A stretch of 64,000 nucleotides of DNA from Rhizodiscina lignyota (taxonomy: Eukaryota): positions 186,001 through 250,000 of the forward strand of contig ML978128.1 in the NCBI GenBank assembly GCA_010015805.1, given 5' to 3'. Position 1 is the stretch's first letter. The number at the start of each line of letters is the position of its first letter. The notes beneath the pieces are model-generated. The model was given only the letters and a program-made list of their open reading frames with translations. It did not search any database and was not told the origin of the DNA. A program made the position numbers and the translations under genes. This document shows positions 1 through 11,150 of the stretch, piece by piece.

Positions 1-577
1 AGAAGTGGCGCTTTCGAGTCTTGAGTGAATATTATGCCGTCCCAGGAGTCAAGCCTCTCACTTTTACCATCGGTCGTAAAACTAGGCTGCTCTCGACTTG
101 CATACAAGGTCAAGAGAGTCAGGAAACTGCGCCTTGGGGAGACGATGTCGGCATGTCGAACATTCCGAAGATTTCGATATCCTGTGATAGGAGTTTTGTC
201 TTTTCGCGTGGTGATTTCCTCGGCACAATTGCATCCACGCCAGTCGTCACTCATCCCGAGATCCGTGCCGATGGACACTGGGTTGAACTCGAAAGCATTC
301 GTGAGATTCCGAGATTCCTGGGCGACTGCAACCTGCCGAATCTTCAAGACTTCAAGTTGGTCTCGACCAGACTGAACTATCGCTAGTTAGTCAGGTTCCT
401 CCGGAGACATCGCTCTTCTCTGCGCAGCGAAGCGTCACTCTCGAGGATCTCGTGCATGTTGCCGATTCAGGACAAGAGGGAGCCAGCGCATGGACGGAGA
501 TGATGGTTTTCCTGAGAGATGAAAGATCGATAATGAACATCAATCGAATTGGATCGATTTACGATATGGAGGAATAA
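1..577 (+). pseudogene. 3' part of a probably disrupted gene (F-box/LRR-associated-like fungal protein), truncated by the window start
   Basis: Frame open from nt 3 to TAG 384-386. It continues in frame as LVRFLRRHRSSLRS, then after a 5-nt AGCG-A-AGCG duplication (426-434) continues as VTLEDLVHV...AWTEMMVFLRDERS to TAA 575-577. Family call is by pattern only. Confidence 0.35.
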
Positions 578-907
578 TCATGGCATTTTACGACAGTAGA
601 TAACAATGGACACAAAGATATTCTCAATTGACGTACTGTTAGGTCCATATCGGCAGTGTCACGATCAGCTTGAGAAGTATAGCGAGGGCCATCCCATAAG
701 CCCGCGCACTCGTATTCGAAGAGCTTCGGGCGACTGGTCACTAAGCACACTGTAAATATCTGGTGTTCTGGGATTTAAGAGATTCGGCTGAGCTTACAGT
801 TGCAGCTAAATTTTCGATACAATACAGTTCGTATGCAGAACCCCGCTTGGACGCTGACAAAATCGAGGTCATTTGATCCCACTGTTCTAGCTGTCCTTTT
901 GCCCTAT

Positions 908-1926
908 CTAACCTCCTGATGCTTTCGTCGCCAACGTGCCACTCCCTCTTGAGCTGAAGATTGCCATTATCCCAAAGCCAAGATAAAAGAGTCCCAGTGG
1001 GTACGCCACCAACCACCTCATCTCGCTCATCCTACCCACTGCACAGAACATCGCGCTACTGCTATAAGTGCACCATAGGATTGCTGCGCTGACAAAGACA
1101 TACCCGAATAATCTGTCCATCGGCACTACGATGCCCACGAGGCTCGTTAACACAAGCGGCAGTAGGCAGTAGCCCAATACGGAGGCAGAGCGCAGGAATG
1201 TCAGTGAGCTGTTGAAATGCGAGCTCGTATGATGGACTTGTGAGGGAGGAGATGCTACGTTTTGTGCCGAAGGTTCAGAGGGCGGCGCCATGAGCGAGAA
1301 GATAGTGTGGAGGGTGACGGAGCCGAACGCGGCAAGGCCGTAGATGAAGCCAAAGTTTACCTTGCCGGACTATTTAATGCAATATTAGCTGGATTGCCTC
1401 ACGTGCGGAAGAGGATGGTGTTGTCCTTACCAATGCAAGGAATATGCCAAAGAGCAGCGCAAACAATATAGGACCCGCGAGGTCCGAATCATCCATGAGA
1501 TGCTGGTCTATTCGCGCCGTAGGGTTGAGCACTGAAAGAGTCTGACAGCAGCCGTATCGTGAGCGCCTGCTTCCGCTACTTCAAAGCGGGCAAACCTACC
1601 TTTGTCTTGATGTGATCGAAATTGACGCCAAGCTCTTCCAATAATGGAGGCTCCCCATCATATCCTTCGGTTCCAAAGGCCGCCAGCCAACCTGTTCTCA
1701 ATCCGCCTTGCTCTCCCATGCGCCCACTGACGCCAGGTTGGCCTCCAAAGCCGCCCCCAAAGCCTGCATTTGAGAATGCATTTGATTGTGCGCTGCCCGT
1801 GTATGCTTGGAAGGGCGTCGACTGGCCGGAGACGGGGGGTTGCGAGTATCCGGAGGAGTAGAAGTTGAGATTTTGAGGGTTCGATTGCGGGTAAGCGGGT
1901 TGGTTGGGTTGGTAGTAGTTGGCCAT
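908..1926 (-). CDS. YIP1: Yip1 family ER-Golgi trafficking membrane protein
   Basis: EPPLLEELGVNFDHIKTK and SVLGYCLLPLV motifs. Exons 1926-1600, 1541-1431, 1369-908 with GT..AG introns. Confidence 0.93.
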
Positions 1927-2777
1927 GTTGGCCAGTTTGCGGAGAAGGCGACGCGCGATGCGGTGGAGAAGAGAAAGGCGGCGTCGTGAAGACCTTTGAA
2001 AATCAAGGCAGATCTGGAGCGAAGTTGGTGATCTCTCAATGGTCGAAGAGGAGGCAGAGCAAGGACGGATTGTAGGAATACTTCATACAGGCAGCTGCTT
2101 AGCTGAACTTTTGGCAATGTGGTCCATAGAGCTCGATGCCAAGCTTACCTTTGATTGGCTGGTGAAGGTGGATTTCCACGTCTCCTTTTAGCTTCTCTGT
2201 CCATTACCTCGTAAACAAAGAGACAATCATTCAATGTTCGCATTCTCCCTGAGATAGCTGACCTACGGTATTTCTTCCAGCACGATGCGTATCCGACTCC
2301 CTTACCACGAGCGGTATCAATACGTATTAGTCGTATCCATGAGAGGCAGCACCGCGCCTCAATTCTTTGGCCAATCACTAAGCTATGAATTGTCGCTCGC
2401 TAAGCAAATCAAGTTAAGAGAGGCACGCACGTCAAGCCATAGCTACGATACATTCGAACTGTCCCAATCACCCTTGGTCGTTATAGTGTGGGTGTTGAAG
2501 CTGTGCGTTCTTGATAAAACCTGCACAAAGAATATCAAATCAAGCTATCAAAGGTGCTCTCGGACACGTGGAAGAAGAGAGTTTGTTCGTGGCGCATGCG
2601 TTCGACTTCGTTGGTAAGGAGGTTTGCGGCATTGGTGCCAAGCCCGAGACTTCGCGACGGAACTTTCCCAATGCCATCATCGTCCGTTTGCCTCTGCGAC
2701 ACTTTTAATCCCACGAAATCTCTGCGCAAAGCCAATCTTTAAGCTTCTTCTCTCTTGTCATTGTAGAGCAAGCCAAT

Positions 2778-4074
2778 ATGGGTTGGTTCTGGTCCGATCT
2801 CTCACCAAACTCTCTTCCCCCAAGCACAATTGCGCCTCATCCTGTGTCGAGTCCCGATGCAAAACCACCGGTATGTACAATCCCCCTTTTGTCTTGCGAA
2901 AATTAACGCCTGGCAGCCGGGCTGTCCTATGCACAACTCCTCCTCTACAAACTCTCCATTCAGAAAACCATTATTGTCAGAGTCGAAACCATCTCCGGCA
3001 TCGAAATCATGTCCCTATGCTCCTCCGACAGCCGCATCAACCTCCGTCCCCACAAACTCTTCACCACAGTCCGAGCAACCTTCCACAGGAGGAACTAGCT
3101 CATGGATGTGGAAAATCAATCCTCTAAACCTCATGCCATCTCTCCCCAACGCCCCAACTACCTCCTCACAGACCGTATCACTTCCCTTGGAGCGCGAAGG
3201 CTCTTCGATCCCCCGAGGACCATGCGCTCCATCCTCAAAGTCCGCCGGCGGTTGCCCCGTCAAGCATTCCTCTCCAAACTCCTCATCATCATCTCCTCCA
3301 GCTGAATCCGCCTACGCCGACTCTACCTCGGACAAATGGCAGTACCCTTCTCCACAGCAAATGTACAATGCGCTACTCCGCAAAGGCTACACGGACACCG
3401 ATCCCACCGCCGTGCCCGCCATGGTCTCGGTACACAACTTTCTGAATGAAGGCGCGTGGGCCGAGATATTAGAGTGGGAGCGACGTTTCAGCCCAGGCCT
3501 GTACACCGGATGGCGCATCTCGTCTCGCGGGGAAGAGAATAGCTACTTTGGCGCGATGACAGAGCTTGAAGAGGATGGTTGGAGGAAGGCGATGCGGAGT
3601 ACGCGGCTGCGGCTAGCAATGATGGCCGACAAGCAGAAACTCGATGAGGGGAAGGAGCTAGAAGAGACACCGGAGCCAAGACTACTGCGGTTTGAGGGCC
3701 GACCGCAGGATAGAACACCCAGGTCAAGATGGCTGGAGCTTTTAGGAAAGGTCTGGCCTACGGAGTACTCGTCAGCACCGCCGTTCGACCGGCATGATTG
3801 GTATGTGCTGAGGCATATGCCAGACGGCAGCACGAAGGAAGTGCGATATGTCATCGACTACTACAGCGGTCCGACCGAAACGACGGGTGAACCTGTATTC
3901 TACTTGGACGTCCGGCCCGCAATTGACGGTCCGACGGGATTCGGGGAGAGAATATTGAGATGGGGAGGGGATGCTTGGTGGAGAGCGAGCGGCGGTACGG
4001 TGCGCGAGCAGTCGGAGCTTGAGAGAAAGATACAAGAGGCTAGGGAGAGAAGAAACCAGCACGGGGAGAGATGA
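2778..4074 (+). CDS. CYC3: Cytochrome c heme lyase (holocytochrome c synthase)
   Basis: Starts MGWFW at 2778; intron 2871-2916. CPMH/CPY/CPV heme motifs plus WQYPSPQQMYNALLRKG, VHNFLNEGAW, PFDRHDW and RYVIDYY. Confidence 0.93.
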
Positions 4075-4492
4075 CCTTAATTGTTTTCGTTCGTGTACAT
4101 TTTGATCGACTTTGGCTCAAGTCTACCGTATATTTGGGAGGGCTAACTGCTTGTATCATAATCTCTTCTCCTTTTTGTATTATCCACATTACCAGCACGC
4201 GTTAGTAGCGCTGTCATGAACTCGGCGGATTTGTACCGCGAATACATTATTGGGAGCGTCTTTGGCCTGTTACCATCCGGACAAAACCAGCGGAAATATT
4301 TGAAAATTTGCATGTACTGAAGAAAGTTCTTCCATTATCACTCAACAAGTGATGATGATGCGTTCGAGTATAACGAAACTCTCCAAAAGTGCTGCTGACT
4401 TAGGTCTATATTTCTAGCCTCTATCGTTAAAAGTATCATACAAATGAATGTAACAGCGCTCTATCAGTCATTAGACATGTTCTCATTACACC

Positions 4493-5590
4493 CTACTTCC
4501 TCGCCTTGTACGGAAAAGTAGGTGGCTTCGACCAAACGCTGCCGTTGGTGCGTTCGTAGTAGTGCAGAGCTCCAGGCGATGTTGCACACGTGGTGTTGAA
4601 CGAGCCAGCACCGGTGGGAACTGCGTGTCCCTCCTGTGGACGTCCGTAAACCCACATGTAGTACCAGACCTCGTCGACAATAGTCCGTCCATTGTCTGTC
4701 GAGTTCGCGCCAGCCGCTGTCTCATTGAACATCGGTCCCGTGCAGCCGATATAAGGAGTTGCTCCATGCGCCTTGGCCAAGGGGTCTTGGATATCGCTCA
4801 GAGTGTAGGTCTGCTTTGTATTAGCTTTGCCTCGGTGAATGAATCGGCTTGCATACAGTGCTGTTGCTAGGCGTGACGCCGGCGTCGCTCAACCACTTCC
4901 ATGTTGGGAACCTCTCATAATACATAATTGCCGTCTCGAAGAAGTCGACCACCTCTTCGTGCTGCACGTATTGCGGGCCGTAGCACGGCACATCGAAGGT
5001 ACTGTAGCATGTCGCGTGCTTGCTGAACTCGTGGCCCCAGAAGTCGTGGTTTGGCCCACCTTGGTTGATCCAGAAGTGGTTCATCCAGTCCAGAAGATCA
5101 AACTTGCCGAAGGGCTCGAGGAAAGTGCCGACATTTGGGCCAGTGTATGGTGGTACGGGAGTGCCATCAGGCGTCCCCGTGGTTGTATTAGGGCTTGGGA
5201 ATGGGTCGTATTGACGGTTCAGATCGCAGTATTGTGTGAAAGAGCCGTTGCAGAAGTCAGGCCAGAGACCATGCAGGGTCCATTGATTAGGAGGGAGGAG
5301 TTGGCCTTCGGACTCGAGGCCAGTGTATGTGTCCCAGAATTGGGTGCTGAGCAATAGACCACCAAAGGTCTCTACGCAGCAGGTGTCGATCGGCTTAGAC
5401 GTGTTCAGGTGGCAGCTGAGTAATGGTTGTTCTGACAGTCTGTGAGTACGAGAGCAATTTGAAATTTCATATTGAGAGGTTGTTGAATACCAATGACGCA
5501 TGTGTGATTGTACTTTGTCTCATTACCAAAGAGCACAGCAGAGGTAGCGCCAGCGAACAACGCGATCGACGCGACTTTCGAGAATGCCAT
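4493..5590 (-). CDS. Secreted ribonuclease T2 family protein
   Basis: Signal peptide MAFSKVASIALFAGATSA; CAS I WTLHGLWP and CAS II FWGHEFSKHATC. Exons 5590-5491, 5431-4857, 4810-4493. Confidence 0.93.
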
Positions 5591-6519
5591 TGTGAAGGAA
5601 AAGAGCAATGACTTGGATCTGACTGAGAAACATTTCCATGACGCGAAGAAAGAGCTCTACTTATTTCTCTGCACATTCTCGAATTCTGGAGCTCAAGCTG
5701 CAAGTCCGCGCAGCCCAAGATGAGCTTTTCCACAAGAGGCAGGCCAGTGAGCCACTCAAGAGCATTGGCATCGTGGCAAATGAGTGCTTAGTGGGTGAGA
5801 AGTGAACAGTTGCGGCCGTTCCTGCGGGTGGATCGTACTCTTCGAGATGCTCGAGCTGCCCCCGTGCGCCGGACTACTGGTACACGCAAAGTCTTGGGTG
5901 TAGACCCTCGTTCACGGCGAGCCTTTGGGTCCGAGCAGGGAGCGGGAGTCGTGCGTAATACAAAACGCGGGCCAATCAGTGGGCGGAGTCGCCGTGGGTA
6001 CGACTTGTTGAACAGGAAGCTGTTGAGCGCATGACAAAATGATTTCGGACATCGAGAAGGTGGACATGCAGCAATAGGGGAAAGTATCGCCGCTGGAGAC
6101 GAAGAATTTCAAAGGAGCCCGGCCGGATTCTCGGGATTAGGCCGGGCAGGGCTGATTGACATCACGACAACCTCCTTTTACCGCCATTCCATTCTACCGG
6201 ACACAACCGATTTCTCGCTCCTTTTCACTGCTCGGCCCGTCATGATTATTCTCGAATATGGACTTCTATCGGCACTTTACTGTAAGAGCGAGAACGGACT
6301 ACTTCCCGGTACTCGATGGACGGATTGTATCCTGCCGTCGATTCCGTTATACCCCGCAAGTATAAAAGGACGATAGAGTGAATTCCTACATGTTGATATT
6401 TCTTCCTTTCAGCACGCAGTCGAACAATTCTTTGAAGCAATTCACCGTTTTACAGTGTCTGAGTATACCGTTGCGTCAGGCCCTCACAACAAGCATTCCG
6501 AGCCCGAAACTCATTCATC

Positions 6520-7371
6520 ATGGCCAACCAGTGGGCACCCAATATCCCACCACGTCCGAGTCGATCGCTCGCTGGCCGCGTTGCCATCGTGACAGGAGCT
6601 GGTGCTGAGGGTGAGGGCATCGGCAATGGTCGTGCCGCAGCCGTCCTCCTCGCCGAGGCCGGCGCCTACGTAGTTTGCGTCGACGTCAGGGAGGAAATGA
6701 CGGCAACGACCATCAAGATGATCGAGCAGGATGGCAAGGGCAAAGCGATATCATTCAAGGCAGACGTCACGCAGAAAGATGAATGCAAGGCTATCGTGGA
6801 CAAGGCAGTTCAGACATGGGGACGGCTCGATATCCTGGTGAACAACGTGGGTATCAACGGTCCGAAGGGCAACGCCGTCGATGTGGATATGGAAGGCTGG
6901 ACAAACGCCATGAATGTCAATGTCACAAGTATGGTGCTCATGGCCAAATATGCTATCCCGGAGATGAAGAAGAATACGGACACCCACATGTACAAAGGAT
7001 CTATTGTCAACATTGGCTCTGTTGCGGGCTTGAAGGGCGGCATCCCACACATCCTCTACCCGACAACGAAAGGCGCAGTGGTGAACATGACCAGGGCAAT
7101 GGCAGCCCATCATGCTCCAGATGGAATCCGTGTGAACTGCGTCTGCCCCGGAATGGTCTTTACACCGATGATGTACCTGTCCGATGAAGGATCGTTTATG
7201 ACGCCAGAAATGCGAGAAAAGAGGAAAGGGAGGAGTCTGATGAGGACTGAGGGCAGCGGTTGGGATATTGGCGCCGGAGTCAGGTACCTGTCCAGTGACG
7301 AGGCACGGTGGGTCACTGGTGTCATTCTTCCTGTAGACGCCGGTGCTACAGCAGCTGTGCTACTAGGCTAG
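6520..7371 (+). CDS. Classical short-chain dehydrogenase/reductase (FabG-like), intronless
   Basis: TGAGAEGEGIG Rossmann motif, LVNNVG, catalytic S and YPTTK, IRVNCVCPG, VTGVILPVDAG. Confidence 0.92.
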   Translation: MANQWAPNIPPRPSRSLAGRVAIVTGAGAEGEGIGNGRAAAVLLAEAGAYVVCVDVREEMTATTIKMIEQDGKGKAISFKADVTQKDECKAIVDKAVQTWGRLDILVNNVGINGPKGNAVDVDMEGWTNAMNVNVTSMVLMAKYAIPEMKKNTDTHMYKGSIVNIGSVAGLKGGIPHILYPTTKGAVVNMTRAMAAHHAPDGIRVNCVCPGMVFTPMMYLSDEGSFMTPEMREKRKGRSLMRTEGSGWDIGAGVRYLSSDEARWVTGVILPVDAGATAAVLLG

Positions 7372-7818
7372 TAGGCGCCAAAGCTGGACACTTCGTGTCA
7401 CTTTCATCATTGCACAATTATGGTGTTCGGCCGAAAAATAGAAAGATATCCCAACGTGATCAGCCTCTTGACGCGTGACCGGAAATCGACCAGAATCAAT
7501 TTCATGTTGGCGCTTATGCCTTTCTTCTGTGTGAATCTTCCTCATATTCTCTCTATGATACTCTGCCTAAAGTGAGAATTCGCACTTTGGGCTTCAATTT
7601 AACCTTTGAATCACATTCGCTGTTACTCTATTGACCATGACGAATAAGCGCCTCAGCATTGAAAACCGTACATCGAACAAGCTCTCGAGCGTTGAAAGAC
7701 TCATAGCAGTTTAACTTCTCTCGACCCAAGAACGCTCGTTGCCTCACGTCGGGCTCAGGTTTAGTATCGACTTCCCCTGGGGAGCGCAGCCAAACTCGTC
7801 GCAAACGTCGCGGCAAGA

Positions 7819-8046
7819 ATGGACTCCAATCAATCGAAGCCTGAGAAGAACGGCATGAATTTGCAGCTGCCCGACTCAATCAAATTCGACTTTGGAGATC
7901 TTCCCAGGACCGCAAAGCCGTCGCCGCCCATCGGACCTCCTACATTATGGGCCTGCAAAGTCTACGGCCGGGAGAACACGGGCTACGGCATTCTCGACAT
8001 CTGGAAATATTGTGGTGAGAAGAAGTGGCTCATATCCTGGGCCTGA
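7819..8046 (+). CDS. Small orphan ORF (75 aa), possibly a decayed RanBP2-type zinc-finger gene
   Basis: ATG-initiated ORF. WACKVYGRENTGYGILDIWKYCG has W-x-C and N spacing like RanBP2 fingers, with two Cys positions replaced. Confidence 0.25.
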   Translation: MDSNQSKPEKNGMNLQLPDSIKFDFGDLPRTAKPSPPIGPPTLWACKVYGRENTGYGILDIWKYCGEKKWLISWA

Positions 8047-8389
8047 TGTGCGTCTCTTGAACCACTTTATAGCAACGGGGAAACTAATTAACGGAGTTGT
8101 GCAGGGTTATCAGTGATTTTGCTACGATATTATTCATACGCCGAATATCAGCGTACTCAGAAGACGTCTAATTGCCCATTTACAGCTTCCATATCGCATT
8201 GCACCTGTCATTTGCTACAAACAATTTTCTTTTGTGGAAAGAGCAAACAGCACATACGATTCGGGACCCTCAACGCAGATCACACCACGCCAGTTCATTC
8301 ATCATCATAATCATCAACAGCTTCTTCATGGGAATCTCTCCATTACTCTTTCATCATTAAATCTCGGATCTCGATATTGTACGGCCAGG

Positions 8390-8758
8390 ATGACCTTCCC
8401 AGCACCGAAACATACGTGGCAGTCAAGAAGATCCAACAGAAGCGCCACACCTCCGGGCACAATCTATCGATATCGGCACACGCTATTTCAACGACCACCC
8501 TGCGTCAACGATGCTGCCAGCACCAGCAAGATAAAAGTCGAGCCAGTAGAGTACCCATCGAGCGACGATGATCCCACCAGCACTAGCGAAATAAAAGTCG
8601 AGCCATATCAATGCCCATCCAGCCCCAACGATCCCGTTGGCATCAGCAATAAACAGGTCATGTCTCGCTGTTCAAAGTGTGATGTCGTTTGGATCGGAGT
8701 CCCGCCAGGCTCCACGTGTCGCCAGGGCATCGTACTATGCAGGGGCCTGACGTTCTGA
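8390..8758 (+). CDS. Small orphan protein (122 aa) with a 20-aa internal duplication and a Cys-containing C-terminus
   Basis: ATG at 8390; an in-frame 60-nt repeat supports coding status; C-terminal CSKC...C...C. Confidence 0.4.
   Translation: MTFPAPKHTWQSRRSNRSATPPGTIYRYRHTLFQRPPCVNDAASTSKIKVEPVEYPSSDDDPTSTSEIKVEPYQCPSSPNDPVGISNKQVMSRCSKCDVVWIGVPPGSTCRQGIVLCRGLTF
8516..8653 (+). repeat. Imperfect 60-nt tandem repeat (about 2.3 copies)
   Basis: ATAAAAGTCGAGCCA at 8531 and 8591; encodes ASTSKIKVEPVEYPSSDDDP / TSTSEIKVEPYQCPSSPNDP. Confidence 0.85.
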
Positions 8759-9067
8759 TGAATAACTGAATGGTTAAAGCCGGGATATCATGGAGCTGAA
8801 AGAAAGGATGCAGGTTCAGGCTTCAGGCGGGCGAGGCGAATGGGGCAGTCTTTGAGAGAGCATATGTCGCTCTCTCTGTGAGTGGGCCGAATGTTGGGCG
8901 TTTTGTGAAGAGTTCAGTCTTTGTTTAGGTATCGTTGGATGGCTGTCACTCCTTTGGCGGGTATTATGGGCGCAGCATAAATTGATTGCAATGCTCTGAA
9001 TATCTCCAGTTCTTACTCTGACAACACCCCCACATGCACCTGGGAATCCTTTCCTTGCATCATCAAG

Positions 9068-9583
9068 ATGACTTCGAAGACCGGTAAAGGTAAAAATAGA
9101 AAGCCAAGCCTTACCGTTCCCAAAACACCCGAATTTAACAGCCTCAAATCACCTTTAAAGCCAAAATATGCTAATCAAGATGAGGACTACAAGCGGGAAC
9201 CCGGCTCCGATCAGACTCCGCAGGATTTCATAGAAGGTGCTGAAGCTTCCAAAAGTGCTGCTAAAGCTTCCAAAAGTGCTGCTCAGGTGCAGGATGCAGA
9301 TTTGCCTCTCAAACCACAATGTGACGATCCTAGTGTCCGAGCTGAGTTAGATGCGATCAAGGAAGCTGTCGGGAGCACACTCAAACGCGTGTCGGACAGT
9401 CCGCACTATGCTGCCATCTTGGAAGGTGTTATTTCGTTCCTTTGCAAAGACCTGAGTGCTGCGGAGATCAAAAGAGTCGGAATGGGTCTGTGGGACTTCG
9501 CATTTTCACAAGAAATGAAAGAGCGGAACGCAGGAGGGAGCGTGAGTAGTGCAGGGTTGCCAGGGGAAAATGCGTCCCTGTGA
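9068..9583 (+). CDS. Orphan protein A (171 aa) with a helical domain shared with the next ORF
   Basis: ATG in CAAGATG context; basic N-terminus; aa 90-153 align by eye with the downstream ORF. Confidence 0.55.
   Translation: MTSKTGKGKNRKPSLTVPKTPEFNSLKSPLKPKYANQDEDYKREPGSDQTPQDFIEGAEASKSAAKASKSAAQVQDADLPLKPQCDDPSVRAELDAIKEAVGSTLKRVSDSPHYAAILEGVISFLCKDLSAAEIKRVGMGLWDFAFSQEMKERNAGGSVSSAGLPGENASL
9243..9283 (+). repeat. 21-nt period tandem duplication
   Basis: AAGCTTCCAAAAGTGCTGCT at 9243 and 9264, in frame (ASKSAAKASKSAA). Confidence 0.9.
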
Positions 9584-9883
9584 TGCACAGTACATGAATC
9601 TATGTTGAATTAGCAAACTGGATAGCAAACCCTCCAAACATCCGAGGGATGATCTTAAGATTTCTCCAGTTTGTCGGTATCAAGGTGTTGTAGCCCAAAG
9701 TAAGATGAAACGTAAACAGCCGTAGCGACAAGCAGTGCTGCTGTATGCGACCGTCGTTGCTACATGTTTGTGGCGGTAGAAGGGTTTGTTTGGTGTAATA
9801 TAAATAATACAACCAACTCACCAAATCAGTGGAAAAGCCAGCCCCATTTGTTACTGCTACTTGGATTCATGCAAGCGTCCATC

Positions 9884-10252
9884 ATGCCTTCACAGACTTG
9901 GAAAGATAAGGAGCTTGCGGGCCACAATATCGCAAGGCTACGAGTAAAGCTCCAAGAGTTACTGGAGTCGTCTCTATCAAAACTAAACAGGGCGACAGAG
10001 AGAGAAGACTACTGTGTGGTTGTTAAGGCGGTGACAGAAGACCTCTGCCAGGAATTCCTAGGATCCACGGATATCAGGAGCGTCGCAGAGATGCTTCGAT
10101 GGCAAGCTGAATGCAAGGAACTTGTGGAGAGGGAGGAGCTTCTGAAAGAGAGAAAGAACATGACTGAAGAAGCAAGAACAATCAGGACTCAAACAGGCCA
10201 AGGAGTAAACTCTGAAATAGCTGTTCGGTTTGCTGCATGTCCTCGGCTATAA
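9884..10252 (+). CDS. Orphan protein B (about 122 aa), paralog of the upstream ORF
   Basis: Likely ATG 9884 (ATCATG); domain LRVKLQELLE...LCQEFLG...KELVER aligns with orphan A. The 3' end could be spliced. Confidence 0.5.
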   Translation: MPSQTWKDKELAGHNIARLRVKLQELLESSLSKLNRATEREDYCVVVKAVTEDLCQEFLGSTDIRSVAEMLRWQAECKELVEREELLKERKNMTEEARTIRTQTGQGVNSEIAVRFAACPRL

Positions 10253-10610
10253 CGAATGCTCGAGCCTAAGTATTACTGAGCAGGGAAATACGCCAACTGC
10301 GTTCAATGAAGCTTTACAGAGCGAGGATTTTTCTCCGGGAACCCCCACTCCGCTGCGTGAAAAGGGGAGAACGGTGCCGGATAATCAATTTGACAGCCGC
10401 ATTAATCCTTTTCGGTTAGCGAGTTCGTAGACGCGCCAAGGGCGCACGCGTCGCGTTTCGTCCAGCAATGTACGGAGCAACTTCTATCTGATCATACCTA
10501 TCATTTTTAGAGTTGAATGGACAATTTCACCCATCAATTTGAAGCCTGAATTTATCGTACTCGTATCACTTCATTTCTATCGCTCCAAAGATCCCCTCGA
10601 ACATAGAACG

Positions 10611-10913
10611 ATGGCTACAGAAGTTCACCGAACGCGTTTAACTCTTAAACGACTCAGCGATGATCTCAGCTACCACTTCATGCTTTCTGGGGAAGCCAAC
10701 AGCAAACCAAGGTACGCAAGAGAAGACAATAACGCTGTTATTATCTTCTACAGCCCAAAATGGGGCTGGATTGCGGCCAGTGATGGCGAATCCATACCCA
10801 GCGGAATACCCTGGAATGTCCATGTGGCAGACCAAGGCGACTACCCTCCAGAAGGCGAATGGGTAAGCAAAAAGGCTTCGAAATCATATGTTTACGAGCT
10901 GAGCTATGCCTGA
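10611..10913 (+). CDS. Small uncharacterised protein (100 aa), first gene of the putative cluster
   Basis: ATG 10611; globular, aromatic-rich sequence (LKRLSDDLSYHF, KWGWIA, QGDYPPEGEWVSKK, KSYVYELSY). Confidence 0.7.
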   Translation: MATEVHRTRLTLKRLSDDLSYHFMLSGEANSKPRYAREDNNAVIIFYSPKWGWIAASDGESIPSGIPWNVHVADQGDYPPEGEWVSKKASKSYVYELSYA

Positions 10914-11150
10914 TCTACCGATTCTCGCAAATATTCCTTATGATTTCAAGCTGGCCGGTTTTCCTCTGGTCTCTCCATCCATACTGCTATCCCCGCTGCA
11001 TATCACTGAGATCAGCCTTTGCTGCAATTTTCGAAAAGGGATATTCTCTGAACCTGATCTATCTGTTAAATTGAATCCTTCAATTGTCTCGGTTTTATGA
11101 CGTCGACTGGTGCTAGAATGATGGGATAATCCTTCCCCAACTCAGGGCTG

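Noticed and set aside
2145..2742. Several 60-110 aa ORFs between YIP1 and CYC3
   Set aside because: No recognisable motif; they overlap in multiple frames within a divergent promoter region.
5795..6034. GC-rich stretch with short inverted repeats (GACCC/GGGTC, AGTCG/CGACT), considered as RNase P/MRP/SRP RNA
   Set aside because: The conserved boxes of those RNAs were not found, and the stems are short enough to be chance.
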